A stretch of 18,719 nt of DNA from Sulfurihydrogenibium sp. (GTDB lineage: Bacteria; Aquificota; Aquificia; Aquificales; Hydrogenothermaceae). The DNA lies in assembly GCA_037442825.1 (NCBI GenBank), contig JBBIPN010000022.1:1-18719 (forward strand). Reading direction: 5' to 3'. The notes beneath the pieces are model-generated. The model worked only from the letters and a program-made list of their open reading frames with translations, ran no database searches and was not told the DNA's origin. A program made the translations under genes and the position numbers. Positions within the stretch are counted from its first letter, which is position 1. Each line of letters starts with the position of its first letter. Shown one piece after another: positions 9,235-15,749 of this stretch.

Positions 9235-9660
9235 TTATATAGGCTTAAATACTGCTAAATAAAAAACAGTTAAACCAAATAATATTAACAATGGTGTTAT
9301 AAAAATCACAAACTTATCATATCTTTTATATAATTCATATGTATTACTTTTTAAAACAAAAACAAGGTTTAAAACTTCAAGTGGAGCAAAAAACAAAAGT
9401 GCTATAATAATCTTAAGTTTAATCCACAATATTTTAAAATCAAAATAAAATAAGAAAAACATGCTAAGCCCAAAGGTAATTACAAGAATGAAGAAGAAAA
9501 ACTCTAAAAAAACTAAATTCCTATAAAATCTTCTTTCTATTTGTTGATTTTTATCTTTCAATATGAAAGTTTTATACATCAAAAATAATCCTAATGAAGA
9601 AGATGATGCAATCCAGCCTATAACAGATATTAAATGAAAATATTTAAGAGTTAGATACAT
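9235..9660 (-). CDS. Four-TM membrane protein, divergent HemJ/CopD-like
   Basis: MYLTLKYFHLISVIGW, ERRFYR, LWIKLK and C-terminal LAVFKP resemble HemJ landmarks; 141 aa; SD AAGGAGG. Confidence 0.6.
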   Translation of the reverse strand: MYLTLKYFHLISVIGWIASSSSLGLFLMYKTFILKDKNQQIERRFYRNLVFLEFFFFILVITFGLSMFFLFYFDFKILWIKLKIIIALLFFAPLEVLNLVFVLKSNTYELYKRYDKFVIFITPLLILFGLTVFYLAVFKPI

Positions 9661-9669
9661 GTTTAAACC

Positions 9670-9698
9670 TCCTTCCCCTTTTTGGAAAGGGGAAAGGA
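9670..9698 (-). promoter_or_regulatory. RNA hairpin overlapping the SD of the 9660 gene (possible translational control or attenuator)
   Basis: Minus-strand mRNA UCCUUUCCCCUUU-CCAA-AAAGGGGAAGGA-GGUUUAAACAUG; 9-bp perfect stem (9673-9681/9686-9694) plus 3 bp after a bulge. Confidence 0.6.
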
Positions 9699-9704
9699 AT
9701 TTAT

Positions 9705-9818
9705 TTAACCAAAGATGGCAGAACCAAATCTATGGCCTAAGTAAAATACTAAAGAAATTCCAATAATGTGAACGATCCACCAACCTAATTTTAAAAATCT
9801 AAAAGCTTCTGGTAACAT
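9705..9818 (-). CDS. Putative 37-aa hydrophobic peptide (MLPEAFRFLKLGWWIVHIIGISLVFYLGHRFGSAIFG)
   Basis: ATG at 9818 with perfect SD TAGGAGGT upstream, TAA at 9705-9707; first ORF of the minus-strand unit; too short for the ORF track. Confidence 0.75.
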   Translation of the reverse strand: MLPEAFRFLKLGWWIVHIIGISLVFYLGHRFGSAIFG

Positions 9819-9922
9819 AGCTTTTACCTCCTAAGTTTATTTTCATAACTAAGAATAGTTGTTTTATAAATATTGATGTATATGTATATTTACATTTTAT
9901 AGTTAAAATTTTTAATATAATA

Positions 9923-9951
9923 TCGAAAACTATCTAAAAAACATTTAAAAT
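9923..9951 (+). promoter_or_regulatory. Putative sigma70-type promoter of the photolyase gene (TCGAAA-N17-TAAAAT)
   Basis: -35-like 9923-9928, 17-nt spacer, -10 9946-9951, only 8 nt before ATG 9960; no clear SD. Confidence 0.4.
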
Positions 9952-9959
9952 AGTAAGCA

Positions 9960-11324
9960 ATGATTAAAACAGATAAAATAAAAAAGCTTAATAGTAAAGA
10001 AGTAAATAGAGACGGTCACTTTGTTTTATATTGGATGAACTTATCTCAAAGAGAAGATTTTAACCTAGCTCTTGAATTTGCAATTTATATTTCAAACATT
10101 TACCAAAAACCGTTGGTTGTATATTTTCCAATTACAGACTATTACAAATTTTCAAATCTTAGACACTACAATTTTATGGTTGAAGGACTAATAGAAACTA
10201 AAAAAGCATGTGAAAATAGAGGAATAAAATTTGTAGTTGAGTTGTCTAATTTACCTTACGATAAAATAATTCTTGAAAAATCAAAAAAAGCTTTTGCAGT
10301 TATTTTAGATAAAGGATACCTAAGATATCAAAGAACTGTAAGAAAAAATATAGCAGAACTATCTGAATGTCTAGTGTTTGAAGTTGAAAATGATGTTATT
10401 GTACCTGTAGAGACAGTTTCTCAACATTTAGAACCTTTTGCAATGACTGTAAGACCTAAGATATATAAATTGATGGATATTTATATAAAAGATTTAAACA
10501 AACAGGACATAAAAGTCAAATCTGTTGATATGGATTTTGGATTTAAAGAGGAAGATATTTCCAATATATTAGATAAAATGAATATAGACAAATCTGTTAA
10601 AGATGTGTCTCAATTTTTTAAAGGAGGAACTAAAGAAGCTTATAAAAAGTTAGAAATATTTATAAAACAAAAACTTTTTAGATATAAAAAACTAAGGTCT
10701 AACCCTGTTTACAACTACCAATCTGATTTAAGTCCTTACTTACATTTTGGACAGATATCTCCAGTAAAAGTTGTTTTGGAAATACTAAAAAACTACGATA
10801 GGAACGATGAAAATGTAGTAAGTTTTTTTAATGAACTTATAGTTTGGAGAGAGTTAGCAAGAAATTTTTGTTATTACAATCCTTTATACAATCAGTATGA
10901 AGGGATTCCAAAGTGGGCAAAAGATACGTTAGAACAACATTTAGAAGATAAAAGAGATTATATATACTCTTTAAAAGATTTTGAAGAAGCTAAAACCCAT
11001 GATAAATATTGGAATGCAGCTCAAACAGAGTTATTAAAAACAGGTAAAATGCATAACTATATGAGAATGTATTGGTGTAAAAAGATTATAGAATGGACAG
11101 AAAACCCAAAGATAGCATTTGATATAGCCTGTTATCTAAATGATAAATACTCTTTAGATGGGAGAGACCCTAACGGTTATGCTGGTATTTCTTGGTGTTT
11201 TGGTACACATGATAGACCTTGGAAAGAAAGGAAAATTTTTGGAAAAGTAAGATATATGAGTGAAAATGGACTTAAAACAAAGTTTGATATAGATAGATAC
11301 GTTGCAAAAATCACTAAAATGTAA
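9960..11324 (+). CDS. phr: Deoxyribodipyrimidine photolyase, class II CPD type
   Basis: VLYWM..SQR..FNLAL, SDLSPYLHFGQIS, ELIVWRELA.NF, THDKYWNAAQ, GKMHNYMRMYWCKKIIEW, LNDKYSLDGRDPNGYAG..W..GTHDRPW.ER.IFGKVRYM. Confidence 0.96.
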   Translation: MIKTDKIKKLNSKEVNRDGHFVLYWMNLSQREDFNLALEFAIYISNIYQKPLVVYFPITDYYKFSNLRHYNFMVEGLIETKKACENRGIKFVVELSNLPYDKIILEKSKKAFAVILDKGYLRYQRTVRKNIAELSECLVFEVENDVIVPVETVSQHLEPFAMTVRPKIYKLMDIYIKDLNKQDIKVKSVDMDFGFKEEDISNILDKMNIDKSVKDVSQFFKGGTKEAYKKLEIFIKQKLFRYKKLRSNPVYNYQSDLSPYLHFGQISPVKVVLEILKNYDRNDENVVSFFNELIVWRELARNFCYYNPLYNQYEGIPKWAKDTLEQHLEDKRDYIYSLKDFEEAKTHDKYWNAAQTELLKTGKMHNYMRMYWCKKIIEWTENPKIAFDIACYLNDKYSLDGRDPNGYAGISWCFGTHDRPWKERKIFGKVRYMSENGLKTKFDIDRYVAKITKM

Positions 11325-11335
11325 AATTTCGCAAA

Positions 11336-11357
11336 TTTCATGATAAAAATCACATTT
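11336..11357 (+). promoter_or_regulatory. CRP/FNR-family-like binding site upstream of the truncated haemoglobin
   Basis: tttcaTGATaaaaATCACATTT contains the TGAT-N4-ATCA dyad; right half identical to the CRP consensus half-site; -10-like TACTTT/TAAAAT at 11374-11384. Confidence 0.5.
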
Positions 11358-11414
11358 ATTTTGATTGATAACCTACTTTAAAATCTTCCTGAAATTAAAA
11401 ATGGAGGTTTTAAG

Positions 11415-11843
11415 ATGTTTAAAAAAGCTTTAGTAGTAGGGGTAGTTAGCTTAGCAATTTTTGGTAGTTCTTTTGCTGAACAAACTCTTTATGAAAAACT
11501 CGGTGGTAAAAAAGCTATTGATGCAGTAGTTGAAGACCTTACAAAAAGGATGATGCACGATAAACAACTTGGAAAATTCTGTAAAAACATATCAAAAGAC
11601 AAAGTTAAAGCAAATAGGCAACTTGTTTCAGCTTTCATATGTAAAGCTACAGGTGGACCTTGTGAATACAAAGGAAAAGATATGAATACAGCACATAAGA
11701 ATTTAGGAATAACTGAATCAGACTGGAATAGATTTGTAGAGCTTGCTAAAGAAAGTTTAAACAAATTTAAAGTTCCTAAAGATGTACAAAATGAATTTTT
11801 AACTGCTGTTGCAGGTTTAAAAGATCAGATAGTAGCAAAATAG
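11415..11843 (+). CDS. Group I truncated haemoglobin (2/2 globin) with N-terminal signal peptide
   Basis: LYEKLGG..AIDAVV, TGGP..Y.GKDM..AH..LGIT (proximal His F8); MFKKALVVGVVSLAIFGSSFA is Sec-signal-like; SD GGAGG. Confidence 0.93.
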   Translation: MFKKALVVGVVSLAIFGSSFAEQTLYEKLGGKKAIDAVVEDLTKRMMHDKQLGKFCKNISKDKVKANRQLVSAFICKATGGPCEYKGKDMNTAHKNLGITESDWNRFVELAKESLNKFKVPKDVQNEFLTAVAGLKDQIVAK

Positions 11844-11845
11844 TT

Positions 11846-12386
11846 ATGTGGAAAATTATAGAAAATGGCTATACACTTGGTTATCTTCCTAGACCACTTG
11901 TCATTGTGGTTGTGGAAGGTAACCCTTTTACAGTTGGATGGCATACACCAATAAACAAAAAACCTTTTAAATATCTAATAGCTATTGATAAAAATAATTA
12001 TTCCTATAGTTTAATAAAAGAAGACCTAACAATAAATTTTTTAGAATCTAAGTATACTAAAGATTTTCTAATATTTGGAACTTTTCATGGAAATGATGTT
12101 GATAAAAAGAAACTTTTAAGTTTGAACTTTATAGAAAGTATTAAGGTAAAATCTCTAACTATAGAAGAATCTTTTATGGTTTATGAATACTATAGAAGAA
12201 TCTTTTATGGTTTATGAATGTAAAATAGATAAAGTTGAAGAGCTAAATGACCATAGTATTGTTATTGTTGACGTAGTTTTAATAAAGTACAAAAAAGGAA
12301 AATTAAAACCTAAAAACAAAGTTTTATTTTACATGGGAAAAAATTATTACTGTTTTAATACTACTGGATTTTATAAAAAAATCTAA
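11846..12386 (+). pseudogene. Flavin reductase-like (split-barrel) gene frameshifted by a 31-bp tandem duplication
   Basis: Two overlapping ORFs (11846-12217, 12183-12386) carry the N- and C-terminal halves (LPRPLVIV, WHTP, GNDVDK; YECK...DHSIVIVDV). Removing 31 nt leaves 510 nt, a 169-aa in-frame ORF. Confidence 0.88.
12158..12219 (+). repeat. Perfect 2 x 31-bp tandem direct repeat (actatagaagaatcttttatggtttatgaat)
   Basis: Copies at 12158-12188 and 12189-12219, identical, no spacer. Confidence 0.97.
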
Positions 12387-13353
12387 ATACAGTGTATTTA
12401 CCATCAAAGAAATACTCTAATTTTCCATTGAAAAATAAAGTTAGTCTCTCTCTTAAATTTTTAAGACCTGTTCCTTCTTTTATAATATCAAAACCTTTTC
12501 CGTTATCTTTTACTTCAACATAAAGATTTCCTTCTTTTGTATAAGAAGATACTATAATTTTTCCTTTATTTCTTACACCATGCTTAATTGCATTTTCAAC
12601 TAAAATTTGAATTGATAATTTTAAAACCTTTAAATTCAATGTATTTTTATCAATGTTAAACTCAAACTCAATATCAGGAAATCTAAGTTTTTCTATAAAG
12701 ATGAAGTTTTTAACTATATTTAGTTCATCATGGAGAGTAATAACACTACTTTCATCAATCAAACTTCTTAAAAATGCAGATAACTTAAGTAAACCTTTTT
12801 CTGCAAGTGATTGATTTATATAAACCAGCTCTGAAAGTGTATTTAGTGTATTAAAGAGAAAGTGTGGATTTATTTGATATTCTAAAGCTTTTAATTTTAA
12901 TTCCATTGCTGTCTTTTTTAGTTCTTCTTCTATCTTTTTTGAATTAACAATAGTATAAAGTAAATAACCTATAATCATTGTTAAAAGACCTGTCAAAATG
13001 TTTAAATATAAAATCATAAAGAGAGAAAGTTTTATAGTTATTAGATTTAAGAATTTTATTGTGTAGAAAGAGGTTAAACTTCCAAAAAATCCAGCAAAAA
13101 ATGAAACTATAAGACTTAAAGGTATCCAAAATTTAATATCAATATGATTCAATACATATTTGTTTACGGAGTTTACAAATATATATGAGTATATAAATAT
13201 AAACACTCCAAAAAACAAACCAGAAATGATACCATTTATAACTGGTATATTAATCAGTAGAGATATAAAACCCCCCAATATACCGCCAAACATGAAACCA
13301 AATATAAATACAGTTAACCACTCTCTATTTGTTATGTTAATGTAGTATCCCAT
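12361..13353 (-). CDS. LytS/YehU-type membrane sensor histidine kinase
   Basis: About four N-terminal TM helices; H-box QINPHFLFNTLN, N-box QILVENAIKHG, G1 VKDNGKGF, G2 GTGLKNLRERL. Confidence 0.94.
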   Translation of the reverse strand: MGYYINITNREWLTVFIFGFMFGGILGGFISLLINIPVINGIISGLFFGVFIFIYSYIFVNSVNKYVLNHIDIKFWIPLSLIVSFFAGFFGSLTSFYTIKFLNLITIKLSLFMILYLNILTGLLTMIIGYLLYTIVNSKKIEEELKKTAMELKLKALEYQINPHFLFNTLNTLSELVYINQSLAEKGLLKLSAFLRSLIDESSVITLHDELNIVKNFIFIEKLRFPDIEFEFNIDKNTLNLKVLKLSIQILVENAIKHGVRNKGKIIVSSYTKEGNLYVEVKDNGKGFDIIKEGTGLKNLRERLTLFFNGKLEYFFDGKYTVFRFFYKIQ

Positions 13354-14800
13354 TTAAATCCTCAATCTGGTATAAAAGATTTAAAACACCTATAACAACA
13401 CCTGGCCAACCTTGTCCAGGAAAAACTGAATCACCAACTAAATAAAGACCTTCAATATTTGTAAAGTTATAAGGATATTTAAACGGTACGTAATCCATAA
13501 TAAGAGGAATACCTCCTACTGTCCCGTTGTACCTTCCTGTAAATCTTTCAAAAGTTTTTGGAGTACCTATCATTATATTACTTTTTTTAAAAAATCTAAA
13601 TTCAGGAATATAAGTATAGAGCTTATTTAAAATAAAATCTTTAACTTTTTCTTTTTGTTCTTTATACTCTTCTTTTTTCAAGTTAGACCATTTTTCAATT
13701 TTACAATGGGTTGATATTGTAACTGATTTCCATCCATCAGCTGTAAGAGTATTGTCTTCTACATCAGATATAGAAATAAAAAATGAATTACTTCCTGTAT
13801 AAGGGTTAATATCAGAATGGACTATCTGATAGTGATGATGTTTCAAAGTGTTGTATTTGTCTTCAATATGAAAATACAATGTTATAGCTGACCAAATTTT
13901 GCTGTAATTTTTTATATTTAAATCGCATACATTTGAATTTTCAACAATATTACAGTAATCCCAAATTGTTTTATTTAAGATAACTTTTTTCGCTTCGTAC
14001 TCTCCACATGTAGTATACACTTTAAAATAGTCTTTAATTTTTTTTATTTTTAAAACTTTACATCTTAAAAATATATTTTCCTTATCACCTGTCAAACATT
14101 CAAAAATTTTTTCCATCCCACCAAAAACATAGTAATTGTCTAAGTTTGGATATGTAAGTCCCATAGAACCTACATTTATAGAAACGTCATTACTATATCC
14201 TTGAGAAGTCATCAATATCTGATTATCTAAAAAATCTTTAAAATCTTTACTTATATAACCAATATTATTTTTAAAAAATTTATAACTGCTGGTAAAGTTG
14301 TAAGGTAAAGTTTTTAATATATAGTTTCTATTTTTTAAAATCTGTTTTATAGAAAGTTTTATATTTTTAATATTTAGTGGTATTAGATTGTAGATGTTAG
14401 ACCAGTTTAAATCTGAAATTTCAAAAACTTTATTCCATACTTTTTTTATATCTTTTATTTTAAATTTATCTTCTATCTCGTATACTGATTTTTCTCTATT
14501 TGTATACCTATATATTATCTTATTACCAACATAGACTATTATAGGTATCTCTAATTTTTTTGATTTTGGTTTTTCTATCTGTAAAAAATTAAATACTTTT
14601 CCAAGGGGCATACTTTCATCAAGACCTACTAATGTAGATGCACCTACATTGTATAAAAGTGTGTCTCTTTTAAAAGTTCCACTACAACCGCCAAGATAAT
14701 TTTCCTTCTCAAAAAGTGTAACCTTTTTATTGAGCTTTTTTAAAATAGAATAAGATACAGTGCCACCTATTCCACTTCCTACAATTATATAATCAAACAT
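13337..14800 (-). CDS. FAD-dependent oxidoreductase, phytoene desaturase / carotenoid isomerase (CrtI/CrtH/CrtD) superfamily
   Basis: Rossmann IIVGSGIGG...FEKENYLGGC.GTFKR..YNVGA; GGM; GTPKTFERFTGR..GTVGG; C-terminal GLYLVGDSVFPGQGWPGV. Confidence 0.88.
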   Translation of the reverse strand: MFDYIIVGSGIGGTVSYSILKKLNKKVTLFEKENYLGGCSGTFKRDTLLYNVGASTLVGLDESMPLGKVFNFLQIEKPKSKKLEIPIIVYVGNKIIYRYTNREKSVYEIEDKFKIKDIKKVWNKVFEISDLNWSNIYNLIPLNIKNIKLSIKQILKNRNYILKTLPYNFTSSYKFFKNNIGYISKDFKDFLDNQILMTSQGYSNDVSINVGSMGLTYPNLDNYYVFGGMEKIFECLTGDKENIFLRCKVLKIKKIKDYFKVYTTCGEYEAKKVILNKTIWDYCNIVENSNVCDLNIKNYSKIWSAITLYFHIEDKYNTLKHHHYQIVHSDINPYTGSNSFFISISDVEDNTLTADGWKSVTISTHCKIEKWSNLKKEEYKEQKEKVKDFILNKLYTYIPEFRFFKKSNIMIGTPKTFERFTGRYNGTVGGIPLIMDYVPFKYPYNFTNIEGLYLVGDSVFPGQGWPGVVIGVLNLLYQIEDLNGILH

Positions 14801-14809
14801 TTATATTCC

Positions 14810-15118
14810 TTAATTATCAGATAATAAATCAAAAAAGTAATCTTTCATATTAGATATTACTATTTCAAAATCTTGAGATTTTTCAATTATATCTATTTCA
14901 AAAACGTCTGTTGGTAAGTTTACAACATAGCACCCTTTTCCTTCCACATTTAAAATATATTCATCTTCCTTATAGTGGTATTTTATTACAACTTTATAGC
15001 TAACTTTACTCTTAAATATAATGTTTGATTCATAGTAATAAAGACCGTTAAAAAATATTTTGTTTTCTGATGGTTTTATTTTATAAATACCTAACTTGTC
15101 AATTTGAAAAATTTTCAT
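14810..15118 (-). CDS. Hypothetical protein, 102 aa
   Basis: ORF with SD AGGAGAG; 9 nt from the downstream oxidoreductase start; no family recognised. Confidence 0.7.
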   Translation of the reverse strand: MKIFQIDKLGIYKIKPSENKIFFNGLYYYESNIIFKSKVSYKVVIKYHYKEDEYILNVEGKGCYVVNLPTDVFEIDIIEKSQDFEIVISNMKDYFFDLLSDN

Positions 15119-15234
15119 AATTAACTCTCCTAAACTTTAATTTAGATAAATTTTATTGTGATAGCTGTATAAAATAAACAGTATTTATTTAAGATTAAAT
15201 TGGATATTTTAGCATTTAAACATAAATGGTCATT

Positions 15235-15243
15235 TGATAGAAT
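15235..15243 (+). promoter_or_regulatory. Putative extended -10 promoter (TG-A-TAGAAT) for flavin reductase-thiE
   Basis: tgatagaat about 22 nt before ATG 15266 and upstream of SD AAGGAG. Confidence 0.45.
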
Positions 15244-15265
15244 GTTTTAAAAAAGGAGTAGAAAA

Positions 15266-15739
15266 ATGTTAAACAAAATACCAAAACCTGTAGCACTCAT
15301 AACAGTTGGAGAAAATATAATGCCATGTTACAACTTTACTATTTTAGAAGAAAAACCTTTACTGGTTGGCATTGTAATAAATATTGAAAGATTTACATAT
15401 TATCTTTTAAATAGGAGTTTTGATTTTGGTATCAATTTTGTTGATTTTAACTATGTAGGTCAAATAAATTACTGTGGAAAAACAACTGGAGAACATACGA
15501 ATAAATTTTTTGGAACAAAGCTTACAAAAAAAAGGGGAGAAAAAATAATGTCTAACTTGATAGAAGAGGCTTTTTTGCAGATTGAATGTGTAAAAAAAGA
15601 GAAAATAGAATTTGGATACAATACACTTTTTATTGGAAAAGTTGTTCATTATAATGGTAAAGATGGGAATTTTAGAGTACCTTTAGCTTATGATGAAAGA
15701 AACTATACCTACCAAACAGAAGAAATAATAAAGTTTTGA
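15266..15739 (+). CDS. Flavin reductase family protein (split barrel)
   Basis: PKPVALIT...NIMP, P.LVGI, FGINF, CGKTTG...KF, QIEC, TLFIGKV pattern. Confidence 0.85.
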   Translation: MLNKIPKPVALITVGENIMPCYNFTILEEKPLLVGIVINIERFTYYLLNRSFDFGINFVDFNYVGQINYCGKTTGEHTNKFFGTKLTKKRGEKIMSNLIEEAFLQIECVKKEKIEFGYNTLFIGKVVHYNGKDGNFRVPLAYDERNYTYQTEEIIKF

Positions 15740-15749
15740 GGTGTAAAAG

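Noticed and set aside
9705..9818. Peptide as an Agr/bacteriocin-type quorum pheromone for the LytTR system
   Set aside because: No double-glycine leader, no Cys for a thiolactone, no AgrB or peptide ABC exporter nearby, and the kinase is LytS-type rather than AgrC-type.
9819..9959. LytTR-type direct-repeat operator (about 9-bp repeats at 21-22 bp period)
   Set aside because: Only short AT-rich matches found by eye (ATAGTT at 9855 and 9899, a weak ATAGCTGT look-alike at 15161, ATGTAT tandem); not distinguishable from background without motif statistics.
12158..12219. 31-bp repeat as a mini-CRISPR or insertion target-site duplication
   Set aside because: Copies are directly adjacent with no spacer or inserted element, lie inside coding sequence, and no cas or transposase gene is present.
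13337..14800. Assigning a specific symbol (crtI, crtH or crtD)
   Set aside because: Motifs support only the superfamily, and no companion carotenoid genes are in the window.
15119..15265. TPP riboswitch upstream of the thiE-containing unit
   Set aside because: Region is extremely AT-rich and lacks the CTGAGA core and paired stems; the small AAATG-GT-CATTT dyad at 15224-15235 is too short to call.
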